This document shows, one piece after another, positions 14,601 through 29,500 of a stretch of DNA of 64,000 bases. The position numbers and the translations under genes are program-made. The notes under the pieces were generated by a model that had not been told where the DNA came from, made no database searches, and worked only from the letters and a program-made list of their open reading frames with translations. The stretch's first letter is position 1. Every line of letters starts with the position of its first letter. The stretch comes from Isurus oxyrinchus (Eukaryota), in NCBI GenBank assembly GCA_026770705.1, contig JANJGN010000013.1, forward strand, positions 64,728,001-64,792,000. The letters run 5' to 3'.

Positions 14601-15789
14601 AGAGCTTTATGTAGCAGAGTAATCACAGCATCAGGTGGCAGAGTAACCAGAGCATCAGATCCCAATGTAACCAGGGGATCATGTGGCAGAGTAACCAGGC
14701 CATCAGGTGCCGGAGTAACCACTGCATCAGGTGGCTGTGCAACAGGGCGTCAGTTGGTAGCATAACCAGAGCATGAGGTGGCAAAGAAACCAGAGCATCA
14801 AGTGCCAGAGTGACCAGAGCATCAGCTGCCCTAGTTACCAGAGCATCAGATGCCTGATTAACCACAGTATCAGGTGCCAGAGTTAACAGAGCATCAGGTG
14901 TCAGGGCAACCAGGGCATCAGCTGCCAGAGTAAGCAGGGAATCAGGTGCCATAGTAAGCAGTGCATCAGGTGGCAGAGTAACCAAGGAATCAAGTGGCAG
15001 TGTATCCAGAGCATCAGGAGGCAGAGTAATTAGAGCATCAGATCCCAAAGTAACCAGGGGATCATATGGCAGAGTAACCAGGCCATCAGGTGCCAGAGTA
15101 AACAGTGCATCAGGTGACAGTGCAAACAGGGCATCAGTTGGCAGATTAACCATGTCATCAGGTGGCTGAGTAACCCGAGCATCAGTTGGTAGCATAACCA
15201 GAGCATGAGGTGTAAGAGAAACCAGAGCACCAAGTGTCAGAGTCACCAGAGCATCAGCTGCCAGAGTTACCAGAGCATCAGATGCCTGATTAACCACAGC
15301 ATCATGTGCTCTAGTAACCAGAACATCAGGTGGCAGGTTAATCAGAGCATCAGTTGGCAGAGTAATAGAGCATCAGTTGGCTGAGTAAACAGAACATCAG
15401 TTGCCAGAGTTTCCAGGGCATCAGGTGCCGGAGCAACCAGAGCATCAGGTGTCTGAGTAACCAGGGCATCATGTTGCTGTTTAACAAGGGCATCAGTTGT
15501 CAGATCAACCAAGGCATCAGGTGGCAGAGTGATAGAGCATCAGTTGGCTGAGCAACCAGAACATCAGTTGCCAGATTTTCCAGGGCATCAGGTGCTGGAG
15601 CAACCAGAGCATCAGGTGTCTGAGTAACCACAGCATCATGTTGCCATTAACAAGGGCATCAGGTGTCAGAGCAACCAGGGCATCACGTAGCAGAGCAACC
15701 AGGGCATCATGTGCTCTAGTAACCAGAGCATCAGTTGGCAGAGTAATAGAGCATCAGGTGCTAAGTAACCAGAGCTTTATGTAGCAGAG

Positions 15790-17680
15790 TAACCAGTGCA
15801 TCATTTGACAGAGTAACCAGAACATTAGGTGCCAGAGTTTTCAGGGCATCAGGTACCAGAGCAACCAGAGCATCAGCTATCTGAGTAACTAGAGCATCAG
15901 GCTGCTGATTAATCAGAGCATCCGCTGTCAGAGCAACCAGAGTATCAGGTGGTAGAGCAACCAGTGCATCAGGTGCTAGTATAAACATGGCATCAGATGC
16001 CAAAGCAAATGGAGCATCAAGTGGGAGAGTAACCTGGGTGTCAAGAGCCAGAGTAACCAGAACATCATTTAGCAGATCAACCAGGGCCTCAGCTGGCAGA
16101 GTAACCAGAGTATGAGGTGGCAGAGTAACCAAGGAATCAGGTGGCAGTGTAATCAGAGCATCAGGTGGCTGAGTAACCAGAGTATCTGATGCCAAATCAA
16201 CCAGAGCTTCATGTGGCAGGTTAACCAGGGCATCAGGTGCCAGAGTAACCAGAGCATCAGTTGGCAGGGCAACCACGGCATCAGTTGGCAGTGTAACCAT
16301 GGCATCATGTGCCTGAGTAACCAGAGCATCATTTGGCAGCATAACCAGAGCATGAGGTGGCAGAGAAAACAGAGCATCAGGTGCCAGAGCTACCAGAGTA
16401 TTAGCTGCCAGAGTTACCAGAGCAATGGACACCAGTATAACCAGGGTATCAGTTGGCAGAGTAACCAGAGCATCAGTTGGCAGAGTAAACAGAACATCAA
16501 GTGCCAGCGTTTCCAGGGCATCAGATGTCTGGGTAACCAGAGCATCAGTTTGTCGATTAACCAGGGCATCAGTTGTCAGAGAGCCAGAACAGAAGGTGCC
16601 AAAGTTTCTAGTGCATCAATTGCTGTAACAAACAGGGCATCAGGTGCCAGAGGAACCAGAGCATCAGGTGCCATGGCAAACTGAGCATCAGGTGGCAGAA
16701 TAAATAGAGCATGTGTTGCCAGAGTAAGCTGAGTATCAGGTGCTGAAGTAAGCAATGTATCAGGTGCCAGTGTAACGAGAGAATCAGGTGCCAGATTTAA
16801 CAGAACATCAGGGGCCAGACTAGACAGAGGATCAGGTGCCAGATTAATCAGAGCATCAGGTTCCAGAGTAACCAGAGTATCAGGTGCCTGACTTAGCACA
16901 GCATCAGGTGCCAGAGCAACCTGGGCATCAGGTGCCAGAGTAAGCAGAGAATCAGGTGGCAGAGTAACCAGAGCATCAGTTGGCAGAGTAACCAGTGCAT
17001 CAGTTGGCAGAGTAACCAGAACATTAGATGCCAGAGTTTTCAGGGCATCAGGTGCCAGAGCAACCAGAGCATCAGCTATCTGAGTAACTAGAGCATCAGG
17101 TTGCCGATTAACCAGAGCATCCGCTGTCAGAGCAACCAGAGTATCAGGTGATAGAGCAACCAGTGCATCAGGTGCTAGTATAAACATGGCATCAGATGCC
17201 AAAGCAAATGGAGCATCAAGTGGGAGAGTAACCTGGGTGTCAAGAGCCAGAGTCACCAGAGCATCATTTAGCAGATCAACCAGGGCATCAGTTGCCAGAG
17301 TCACCAGAGCATCAGGTGGCAGAGTAACCAAAAAATCAGGTGGCAGTATAATCAGAGCATCAAGTGGTTGAGTAACCAGGGTATCTGATGCCAAATCAAC
17401 CAGAGCTTCATGTGGCAGGTTAACCAGGGCATCAGGTGCCAGAATAACCAGAGCATCAGTTGGCAGAGCAACCAGGGCATCTGTTGGCAGAGTAACCATG
17501 GCATCATGTGGCTGAGTAACCAGAGCATCAGTTGGCAGCATAACCAGAGCATGAGGTGGCAGAGAAAACAGAGCATTAGGTGCCAGAGTTACAAGAGCAT
17601 TAGCTGCCAGAGTTACCAGGGCAATGGACACCAGTATAACCAGGGTACCAGTTGGCAGAGTAACCAGAGCATCAGTTGGT
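15790..17680. repeat. Duplicated ~690-bp block with offset 1199 bp (50 monomers minus 1 bp)
   Basis: GGTGCTAGTATAAACATGGC is at 15972 and 17171. GCAATGGACACCAGTATAACC is at 16422 and 17621. Related ORFs start at 16211 and 17410. Confidence 0.85.
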
Positions 17681-20599
17681 AGAATGACCAGAGCATGAGG
17701 TGTCAGAGAAACCAGAGCATCAAGTGCCAGAGTCACCAGAGCATCAGCTGCCAGAGTTACCAGAGCATCAGGTGCCTGATTAATCACAGCATCAGGTGCT
17801 TTAATAACTGGAGATTCTGGTGGCAGATTAATGAGAGCATCAGTTGGCAGAGTAATAGAGCATCAGTTGGCTGAGTAAACAGAACATCAGTTGCCAAAGT
17901 TTCCAGGGCATCAGGTTCTGGACCAACTAGAGCATCACGTGTCTAAGTAGCCAGAGCATCGTGTTGCCGATTTACAAGGGCATCAGGTATCAGAGCAACC
18001 AGGGCATCAGGTGGCAGAGCAACCAGGGCATCAGGTGGCAGAGTAATAGAGCAGCAGTTGGCTGAGTAACCAGAACATCAGTTGCCACATTTTCCAGGGC
18101 ATCAGGTACTGGAGCAACCAGCGCATCCGACGTCTGAGTAACCAGAGCATTATGTTGCCGATTACCAAGGGCATTAGGTGGCAGAGCAACCAGAGCATCA
18201 TGTGCTCTACTAACCAGAGCATCAGTTGGCAGAGTAATAGTGCATCAGGTGCCATAGTAACCACAGCTTTATGTAGCAGAGTAATCACGGCATCAGGTGG
18301 CCGAGTACTAGAACATCAGATCACAACGTAACGAGGGGATCATGTGGCACAGTAACCAGGCCATCAGGTGCCAGAGCAACCAGTGCATCAGGTGGCAGTG
18401 CAAACAGGGCGTCAGTTGGCAGAGAAACCATGGCATCAGGTGGCTGAGTAACCAGAGCATCAGTTGGTAGCATAACCAGAGCATTAGGTGACAAAGAAAC
18501 CAGAGCATCAAGTGCCAGAGTCACCAGAGCATCAGCTGCCTTAGTTACCAGAGCATCAGGTGCCTGATTAACCACAGCATCAGTTGCCAGGGCAACCAGG
18601 GCATCAGGTGCCATAGTAACCAGGGCATCAGTTGGCAGTTTAACCAGACCATCAGATGTCAGATTAATCAGTTCATCAGGTGGCAGAGTAACCAAGGAAT
18701 CAGGTGGCACTGTAACCAGAGCATCAGGAGGCAGAGTAACAAGAGCATCAGATCCCAAAGTAACCAGGGGATCATGTGGCAGAGTAACCAGGCCATCAGG
18801 TGCCAGAGCAACCAGTGCATCAGGTGGCTGTGCAAACAGGGTGTCAGTTGGCACAGTAACCATGGCATCAGGTGGCTGAGTAACCAGAGCATCCATTGGT
18901 AGCATAACCAAAGCATGAGGTGGCAGAGTAATAGAGCATCAAGTGCCAGAGTCACCAGAGCATCAGCTGCCAGAGTTACCAGAGCATCAGATGCCTGATT
19001 AACAACAGCATCAGGTGCTCTAGTAACCAGAGAATCAGGTGGCAGATTAATCAGAGCATTAGTTGGCAGAGTAATAGACCGTCAATTGGCTGAGTAAACA
19101 GAACATCAGTTGCCAGAATTTCCAGGGCATCAGGTGCCAGAGCAACCAGAGCATCAGGTGTCTGAGTAACCACAGCATCAGGTTGCCGATTAACCAGGGC
19201 ATCAGTTGTCAGAGTAATAGAGCATCAGGTGCCAGAGTAACCAGAGCTTTATGTAGCAAAGTAATCACGGCATCAGGTGGCAGAGCCACCAGATCATCAG
19301 GTGCTCTAGTAACCAGAGCATCATGTGGCAGAGTAACCATAGCATCAGATGCCAGAGTAATCAGAGCATCAGGTGGCAGAGTAAACAGAGCATCAAGTGC
19401 CAGAGTTGCCAAGGCATCCAGAGGTAAATTAACCCGGGTATCAGGTGCCAGAGTCTGCAGAGCATCAGTTGGCATAGTAACCAGAGCATCAGTTGGCAGA
19501 GTAACCAGAGCATCAGATTCCAAATTAACCAGTGCATCAGTTGGAAGAATAACCAGGGCATCATGTGCCAGAGTAACCAGAGCATCAGGTACTGGAATAA
19601 CCAGAGCATCTGATGCTAGAGTAACCAAAGCATCAGGTGGCAATGTAACCAGGGAATCAGGTGTCAGATTAACCAGAGCATCATGTGACAGAGTAACAAA
19701 AGCATCAGGTGCCGGAATAATCAGAGCATCAATTGGCAGAATAACCATTGCATTAGGTGTGAGAGCTGCCATAGCATCATGTGCCAGAGTGGCAGACTAA
19801 CCAGTGCATCAGGTGGCAGATTAACCAGTGCATCAGGAGGCAGAGTAACCAGTGCATCAGGAGGCAGAGTAACCAGTGCATCAGGTTCCATGGTTACCAG
19901 GGCTTCAGTTGGCAGAGTAACCAGTGCATCATGTGTCAGAGCAACCAGAACATAAGGTGCGAGAGTTTCCACTGCATCAGATGCTGGAGCAACCAGAGCA
20001 TCAGAGTAACCAGAACATCAGGCACTAGTGCAACCAAAGCATCAGGTGGCAGAGCAACCAGTGGATCAGTTGCTGTAGCAAACAGAGCATCAGTTGCCAG
20101 AGTAACCAGAGCATCATGTGCCGTAGCAAACTGCACATCAGCTGGCAGAATAAATAGAGCATCAGTTGCCAGAGTAAGCAGAGCATCAGGTGCCGGAGAA
20201 AGCAGATCATCAGGTGCCAGTGTAGCCAGAGAATCAGGTGCCTGATTTAACAGAACAGCAGGTGCCAGAGCCGACAGAGGATCAGGTGCCAGAGTAACCA
20301 AAGCATCAGGTGCCAGAGTAACCAGAGCATCAGGTGCCTGAATTAACAGAGCATCAGTTGCCAGGGCAACCAGAGCATCAGATGCTAGAGCAAGCAGAGC
20401 ATCAGGTGCCATAGTATTCAGGGCATCAGGGAGCAGAGTAACCAGACCATCAGGTGGCAGAGTAACCAAGGAATCAGGTGGCAGTGTCACCAGAGCATCA
20501 GGAGGCAGAGTAACCAGAGCATCAGATCCTAAAGTAACCAGAGGATCATGTGGCAGAGTAACAAGGCCATCAGGTGCCAGAGTAACCAGTGCATCAGGT

Positions 20600-23500
20600 G
20601 GCAGAGCAACTAGAGCATCAGGTGACAGATTTAACAGAACACCAGGTGGTAGAGTAACCAGAGAATTAGTTGCCAGAGTAACCAGAGCATCAGGAGAAAG
20701 AATAACCAGAGCATCAGGTACCAGAGTAACCGCAGCATCAGGTGATAGAGTAACCAGGGGATCAGGTGGCAGAGTAACCAGAACTCAGCTAGCAAAGTAA
20801 CAAGTGCATCAGATGCCAGAGTAAACAGGGCATCAGGTGTCAGAGTAACCAGGGCATCAGGAGGCAGACAAACCATGGCATCAGGTGTCTGGGTAACCAG
20901 AGCATCAGTTGGCAGCATAGCCAGAGCATGAGGTGGCAGAGAAACCAAAGCATCAGGTGCCAGAGTTATCAGAGCATCAGATGTCAAATTAATTAGGATA
21001 TCAGGTGCCTGAGTAACCAGGGCATCAGGTGTCTGAGTAACCAGAGAACCAGGTGTCAGAGAAACCAGAGGATCAGGTGCCAGATTAACCAGAGCATCAA
21101 GTGCCAGAGTAACCAGAGCATCGGGTGCCTGAGTTAACAGAGCATCAGTTGCCAGGGCAACCAGGGCATCAGATGCTAGAGTAAGCAGAGCATCAGGTGC
21201 CATAGTATCCAGAGCATCAGGTGGCAGAGTAACCATCAGATGCCAGATTAACCAATGCATCAGGTGACAGAGCACCCAGAGCATCGGGTGGCAGAGTAAC
21301 CAAAGAATCAGGTGGCAGTGTCACCAGAGCATCAGGAGGCAGAGTAACCAGAGCATCAGATGCTAAAGTAACCAGGGGATCATGTGGCAGAGTAACCAGG
21401 CCATCAGGTGCCAGAGTAAACAGTGCATCAGGTGGCAGTGCAAACAGGGTGTCAGTTGGCAGAGTAACCATAGCATCAGGTGGCTGAGTAACCAGAGCAT
21501 CAGTTGGTAGCATAACCAGAGCATGAGGTGGCAGAGTAATAGAGCATCAGTCAGCTGAGTAACCAGAACAACAGTTGCCAGAATTTCCAAGGCATCAGGT
21601 GGCAGAGCAACCAGGGCATCAGTTGCTCTAGTAACCAGAGCATCAGATGGCTGAGTAAACAGGGAATCAGGTGGCACATTTACCAGAGCATCAGGTGCCA
21701 GAGTAACAATGGCATCCAGTGATAGAGTGACCAGGGAATTTGATGGCAGAGTAACCAGAGCATCAGCTGGCAGTGTAAGCAGAGCAGCAGATGCCAGTGT
21801 AAACAGAGCATCAGGTGGCAGGATTGCCAGGGCATCAGGTGCCAGAGTGAGCAGAGCATCAGTTGACATAGAAACAAGTGCATGAGTTGGCAGAGTAACC
21901 AGGGCATCATGTGCCAGAGTAACATGAGCATCTGGTGCCAGAAGAACCAGAGCATCAGATGCTAGTGTAGCCAGAGTATCAGGTGGCAGAGTGACTAGAG
22001 CATCAGGTGGCAGAGTAACAAGAGCATCAGGTGCTGCAATAATCAGAGCATGAGATGCCATTGTAACCAGAGCATCAGGTGACAGATTTAACAGAACACC
22101 AGGTGGCAGAGTAACCAGAGCATCAGTTGCCAGAGTAACCAGAACATCAGTTACCAGAGTAACCAGAGCATCAGGAGAAAGAATAACCACGGCATCAGGT
22201 ACCAGAGTAACCATGGCATCAGGTGATAGAGTAACCAAGGAATCAGGTGGCAGTGTAACCAGAGCTCAGCTAGCAAAATAACAAGGGCATCAGATGCCAG
22301 AATAACCAGGGCATCAGGTGTCAGAGTAACCAGGGCATCAGGTGACTGGGTAACCAGAGCATCAGTTGGCAGCATAGCCAGAGCATGAGGTGGCAGAGAA
22401 AACAGAGCATCAGGTGCCAGAGTTCCCACAGCATTAGCTGCCATAGTTACCAGAGCATCAGATGCCAGAATAACCAGGGTATCAGGTGCCTGAGTAACCA
22501 GAGCATCAGGTGCACTAGTAACCAAAGCATCAGGTGCCAGAATAACCAGAGCATTAGGTGGCAGACTAACCAGACCCTCAGCTGGCAGCATAAACAGAGC
22601 ATGAGATGGCAGAGAAACCAAAGCATCAGGTACGAGAGTTATCAGAGCATCAGATGTCAAATTAATCAGGATATCAGGTGCCTGAGTAACCAGGGCATCA
22701 GGTGCTCTAGTAACCAAAGCATCAGGTGTCTGAGTAACCAGAGCATCAGGTGTCAGAGCAACCAGAGCATCAGGTGCCAGAGTAACCAGAGCATCAGATG
22801 CCTGAGTAACCTGGGAATCATGTGGCACATTTACCAGAGCATCAGGTGTCAGAGTAAGCAGGGTATCCAGTGATAGAGTGACCAGGGAATTTGGTGGCAG
22901 AGCAACCAGAGCATCAGCTAGCAGAGTAAGCAGAGCAGCAGATGCCAGAGTAAACAGAGCATCAGGTGGCAGCATTACCAGGGCAACAGGTACCAGAGTA
23001 ACAAGAGCATCAGGTGCTAGAGCAACCAGGGCATCATGTGCCAGAGTGAGCAGAGCATCAGTTGGCATAGAAACAAGTGCATCAGTTGACAGAGTAACCA
23101 GAGCATCAGATGCCAGATTAGCAAGTGCATCAGTTGGCAGAATAATCAGGGCATTATGTACCAGAGTAACGTGAGCATCTGGTGCCGGAAGAACCAGAGC
23201 ATCAGATGATAGTGTAACCAAAACATTAGGTGGCAGAGTAACCAGAGCATCATGTGGCAGAGTAAAATGAGCATCAGGTGCCGCAATAATCAGAGCATTA
23301 GGTGCCAGAATAACCAGTGCATCAGTTGGCAGAGTAACTATTGCATCAGGTGGCAGAGTAACCAGAGCATCATTTGCCAGTGTAACCAGAGCATCAGGTG
23401 ACAGATTTAACAGAACACCAGGTGGCAGAGTAACCAGAGCATCAGGTGCCATAGTAACCAGAGCATCAGGTACCAGAGTAACCAGGGCATCAGGTGATAG

Positions 23501-26500
23501 AGTAACAAGAGCTCAGCTAGCAAAGTAACAAGTGCATCAGATGCCAGAGTAACTAGGGCATCAGGTGTCAGAGTAACCAGGGCAACAGGGGTCTGGGTAA
23601 CCAGAGCATCATTTGGCAGCATAGCCAGAGCATGAGGTGGCAGAGAAAACAGAGCATCAGGTGCCAGAATCCCAAAGGCATTAGCTGCCATAGTTACCAG
23701 AGCATCAGATGCCAGAAGAACCAGGGTATCAGGTGCCTGAGTAACCAGAGCATCAGGTGCTCTAGTAACCAGAGCATCAGTTGGCAGAATAATCAGAGCA
23801 TCAGTTGGCAGATTAACCAGAGCCTCAGCTAGCAGCAAAAACAGAGCATGAGGTGGCAGAGAAACCAAAGCATCAGGTGCCAAAGTTATCAGAACATCAG
23901 ATGTCAAATAAATCAGGATATCAGGTGCCTGAGTAACCAGGGCATCAGATGGCAGAGTAACCAGAGATTTAGGTGGCAGAGTAACGAGGGCATCAGGTGG
24001 CAGAATAATCAGAGCATCAGTTGGCAGAGTAACCAGAGCATCATTTGGTAGAGTAACCAGAACATCAAGTGCCAGGGTTTCCAGGGCATCATGTGCAGGA
24101 GCAACCAGAGCATCAGGTGTCTGAGTAACCAGAGCAACAGGTTACTGATTAACCAGGGCATCAGCTGTTAGAGCAACCAGGGCATCAGGTGGCAGAGCAA
24201 CCAGGGCACCAGGTTCTAGTGTAACCAAAGCATCATGTGACAGAACAGCCAGAGCATCAGATGCCAGAGTAACCAGGGAATCAGGTGGCTGAGTTACCAG
24301 AGCATCAGGTGCCAGAGTAACCAGGGCATCCATTGATAGAGTAACCAGGGAATCAGGTGGCAGAGTAACTAGAGCATCAGCTGCCAGAGCAAGCAGAGCA
24401 TCAGATGCCAGAGTATTCAGAGCATCAGGTGGCAGCATTACCAGGGCAATAGGTGCCAGAGTAACCAGAGCATCAGGTGTTAGAGATAAAAGAGCATCAT
24501 TTGCTAGAGCAACCAGGGCAACATGTGCCAGAGTGAGCAGATCATCAGTTGGCATAGTAACAAGTGCAACAGTTGACAGAGTAACCAGAGCATCAGATGC
24601 CAGATTAACAAGTGCATCAGTTGGCAGAGTAGCCAGGGCATCATCTGCCAAAGTAAACTGAGCATCAGGTGTTGGAATAACCAGAGCATCTGATGCTAAA
24701 GCAACCAGAGCATCAAGAGGCAGAGTAACCAGGGAATAAGGTGGCAGAGTAACCAGAGCATCATGTGGGAGAGTAACAAGAGCATCAGCTGCCAGAATAA
24801 TCAGAGCATGAGGTGCCGGAATAAACATTGAGTCATTTGAGAGAGTAACTATTGCACCAGGTGCCAGAGTTGCCATAGCATCAGGTGCCAGTGTAAACAG
24901 AGCATCAGGTGGCAGAGTAACCAGAGCATCAGGTGGCAGATTAACCAGAGCATCAGGTGCCAGAGTACCAGTGCATCAGGTGCCAGATTAACCAGAGCAT
25001 CAGGTGCCATAGAAAACTGAGCATCAGGTGGCAGAATAAACAGAGCATCAGTTGCTAGACTAACCAGAGAATCGGATGCCAGAGTATCCAGAGCATCAGT
25101 TGCCAGTGTAACCAGAGCATCAGTTGACAGATTTAACAGAACATCAGGTGCCAGAGTAACCAGAGCATCAGGTGCCAGAGTAACCAGAGCAACAGGTGGC
25201 AGATCAATCAGGGCATCAGTTGGCAGAGTACCCAATGCATCAGTTGCCAGAGTACCCAATGCATCAGTTGCCAGAGTATCAGTGCATCAGTTGGCAGCAT
25301 AACCAGAACAACAGGTGGCAGAGCAAACAGAGCATCAGGTGCCTGAGTAACCAGAGCATCAGGTGCTCTAGTAACCAGAACATCAGGTGGCAGATTAACC
25401 AGAGCACCAGGTGCCAGAGTAAGGAGATATGTAGGTGGCATAGCAACCAGGGCATCAGATGGCAGAATAATCAGAGTGTCAGTTGGCAGAGTAACTAGAG
25501 CATCATGTGGCAGAGTAACCAGAAAATCAGGCGCCAGAATTTTCAGGGCATTAGGTGCTGGAGCAAGCATAGCATCAGGTGTCTGAGTAACCAGAGCATC
25601 AGCTTACTGATTAACCAGGGCATCAGCTGTCAGAGCAACCAGGGCATCAGGTGGCAGAGCAATCAGGGCATCAGGTGCTCTAGTAACCAAAGCATCAGAT
25701 GCCAGAGTAACCAGAGCATTAGGTGCCAGAGAAAGCATGGCATCAGGCGATAAAGTAACCAGGGAATCAGGTGGCAGAGTACCCAGAGCATCAGCTGGCT
25801 GAGTAAGCAGTGCATCAGATTCCAGAGTAACCACAGCATCAGGTGGAAGCATTACCAGAGCAACAGGTGCCAAAGTAACCAGAGCATGAAGTGTCAGAGA
25901 TAAAAGAGCATCAGGAGCCAGAGCAACCAGGGCATCATGTGTCAGAGTGAGCAGAGCATCAGTTGGCATAGTAACAAGTGCATCAGTTGACAGGGTAACC
26001 AGAGCATCAGATGCCAGATTAAGAAGTGCATCAGTTGGCAGAGTAACCAGGGCATCATGTGCCAGAGTAATGTGAGCATCTGGTGCCGGAAGAACCAGAG
26101 CATCAGATGCTAGTGTAACCATAGCATCAGGTGGCAGAGTAACAAAAGCATCAGGTGCTGCAATAATCAGAGCATTAGGTGCCAGAATAACCAGTGCATC
26201 ATTTGGCAGAGTAACTATTGCATCAGGTGCCAAAGTAACCAGAGCATCAGTTGCCAGTGTAACCAGAGCATCAGGTGACAGATTTAACAGGAGACCAGGT
26301 GGCAGAGTAACCAGAGCATCAGTTGCCAGAGTAACCAGAGCATCAGGAGAAAGAATAATCAGAGCATCAGGTACCAGAGTATCCAGGGCATCAGGTGATA
26401 GAGTAACAAGAGCTCAGCTAGCAAAGTAACAAGTGCATCAGATGCCAGAGTAACTAGGGCATCAGGTGTCAGAGTAACCAGGGCAACAGGGGTCTGGGTA

Positions 26501-29500
26501 ACCAGAGCATCAGTTGGCAGCATAGCCAGAGCATGAGGTGGCAGAGAAAACAGAGCATCAGGTGCCAGAATCCCAAAGGCATTAGCTGCCATAGTTACCA
26601 GAGGATCAGATGCCAGAAGGACCAGGGTATCAGGTGCCTGAGTAACCAGAGCATCAGATGCTCTAGTAACCAGAGCATCGGGTGCCAGATTAACCAGAGC
26701 AGCAGGTGCCAGAGTAACCAGAGCATTAGGTGGCAGAGTAACAAGGGCATCAGTTGGCAGAATGATCAGAGCATCAGTTGGCTCATTAACCAGAGCCTCA
26801 GCTAACAGCCTAAACAGAGCATGAGGGGGCAGAGAAACCAAAGCATCAGGTGCCAGATTTATCAGAGCAAAAGATGTCAAATTAATCAGGATATCAGGTG
26901 CCTGAGTAACCAGGGCATCAGATGCTCTAGTAACCAGGGCATCAGGTAGCAGAATAATCAGAGCATCAGTTGGCAGATTAATCAGAGCATCATTTGGCAG
27001 AGTAACCAGAACATCAAGTGCCAGGGTTTCCAGGGCATCAGGTGCAGGAGCAACCAGAGCATCAGGTGTCTGAGTAACCAGAGCATCAGGTTACTGATTA
27101 AACAGGGCATCAGGTTCTAGTGTAACCAGAGCATCACGTGACAGAATAACCAGAGCATCAGATGCCCGAGTAACCAGGGAATCAGGTGTCTGAGTAACCA
27201 GAGCATCAGGTTACTGATTAACCAGGGCATCAGGTTCTGGTGTAACCAGAGCATCACGTGACAGAATAACCAGAGCATCAGATGCCTGAGTAACCAGGGA
27301 ATCAGGTGTCTGAGTAACCAGAGCATCAAGTTACTGATTAACCAGGGCATCAGCTGTCAGAGCAACAAGGGCATCAGGTGGAAGAGCAACCAGGGCATCA
27401 GGTGCTCTAGTAACCAAAGCATCAGATGCCAGAGTAACCAGAACATCAGGTGGCAGATTAACCAGAGCACCAGGTGCCAGAGTAAGGAGATATGTAGGTG
27501 GCATAGCAACCAGGGCATCAGACGGCAGAATAATCAGAGCATCAATTGGCAGAGTAACCAGAGCATCATGTGGCAGAGTAACCAGAACATCAGGTGCCAG
27601 AGTAACCAGGGCATCCAGTGATAGAGTAACAAGGGAATCAGGTGGCAGAGTAACCAGAGAATCAGCTGCCAGAGTAAGCAGAGCATCAGATGCCAGAGTA
27701 ACCAGAGCATCAGGTGGCCGCATTACCAGAGCAACAGGTGTCAAAGTAACCAGAGCATCAGGTGTCAGAGATAAAAGAGCATCAGGTGCAGGAAAAACCA
27801 GGGCATCATGTGCCAGAGTGAGCAGAGCATCAGTTGGCATATTAACAAGAGCATCAGTTGACAGGGTAACCAGAACATCAGATGCCAGATTAAGAAGTGC
27901 ATCGGTTGGCAGAGTAACTAGGGCATCATGTGCCAGAGTAACCTGAGAATCAAGTGCTGGAATAACCAAAGCCTCAGATGCTAGAGTAACCAGAGCATCA
28001 AGTGCCAGGGTTTCCAGGGCATCAGGTGCAGGAGCAACCAGAGTATCAGGTTACTGATTAACCAGGGCATCAGGTGTCAGAGTAACCAGGGCACCAGGTT
28101 CTAGTGTATCCAGAGCATCACGTGACAGAATAACCAGAGCATCAGATGCCCGAGGAACCAGGGAATCAGGTGTCTGAGTTACCAGAGCATCAGGTGTCAG
28201 TGTAACCAGGGCATCCAGTGATAGAGTAGCCAGGGAATCAGGTGGCAGAGTAAGCAGAGCATCAGCTGCCAGAATAAGCAGAGCATCAGATGCCAGAGTA
28301 ACCAGAGCATCAGATGCCAGATTAACAAATGCATCAGTTGGCAGAGTAGCCAGGGCATCATCTGCCAAAGTAAACTCAGGATCAGGTGCGAGAATAGCCA
28401 GAGCATCAGATTCCAGAGTAATCAGAGCATCAGGTGGCAGCATTACCAGCGCAACAGGTGCCAGAATAATAAGAGCATGAGATGCCGGAATAAACAGTGC
28501 GTCATTTGGCAGAGTAACTATTGCATCAGGTGCCAGAGTTGCCATAGCATCAGGTGACAGTGTAAACAGAGCAACAGGTGGCAGAGTAACCAAAGCATCA
28601 GGTGGAAGATTAACCAGATCATCAGGTGCCAGAGTAAGGAGATATGTAGGTGGCATAGCAACCAGGACATCAGATGGCAGAATAATCAGAGCATCAGTTG
28701 GCAGAGTAACCAGAGCATTATGTGGCAGAGTAACCAGAACATCAGGTGCCAGAGTTTCCAGGGCATCAGGTACTGGAGCAAGCATAGCATCAGGTGTCTG
28801 AGTAACCAGAGCATCAGCTTGCTGATTAACCAGGGCATCAGCTGTCAGAGCAACCAGGACATCAGGTGGCAGAGCACCCAGGGCATCAGGTGCTCTAGTA
28901 ACCAAAGCATCAGATGCCAGAGTAACCAGAGCATCAGGTGCCAGAGAAAGCATGGCATCAAGCAAAAGAATAACCAGGGAATCAGGTGGCAGAGTACCCA
29001 GAGCATCAGCTGGCAGAGTAAGCAGCGCATCTGATTCCAGAGTAATCAGAGCATCAGGTGGCAGCATTACCAGAGCAACAGGTGCCAAAGCAACCAGAGC
29101 ATCGGGTGTCAATAATAAAAGAGCATCAGGTGCTGGAGCAACCAGGGCATCATGTGCCAGAGTGAGCAGAGCATCAGTTGGCATAGTAACAAGTGCATCA
29201 GTTGACAGGGTAACCAGAGCACCAGCTGCCAGATTAAGAAGTGCATCAGTTGGCAGAGAAACCAGGACATCATGTGCCAGAGTAATCTGAGAATCAGGTG
29301 CCAGAATAACCAAAGCCTCAGATGCTAGTGTAACCAGAGCATTAGGTGGCAGAGTAACCAGAGCATCAGGTGCCAGAATAACCAGATCATTAGGTGGCAG
29401 GATAACGAGGGCATCAGTTGGCAGAATAATCAGAGCATCAGTTGGCAGATTAAGCAGAGCCTCAGCTGGCAGCATAAACAGAGCATGAGGTGGCAGAGAA

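Larger units (their letters stand above)
6550..21600. repeat. Subfamily domain B of the 24-bp array
   Basis: The 23-bp variant ...GGCAGAGTAATAGA recurs from 8054 to 21536 (e.g. 8989, 9972, 12446, 13573, 15362, 17852, 19071). Internal duplications have offsets of 1918, 2450, 3501 and 1199 bp. Boundaries are approximate. Confidence 0.7.

Noticed and set aside
8054-21540. Frameshifts as long-read sequencing errors hiding one giant ORF
   Set aside because: The same 23-bp variants recur at homologous positions in duplicated blocks and are mostly outside homopolymers. In-frame TAG stops also occur (e.g. GCCTAAGT at ~1760 and ~3505).
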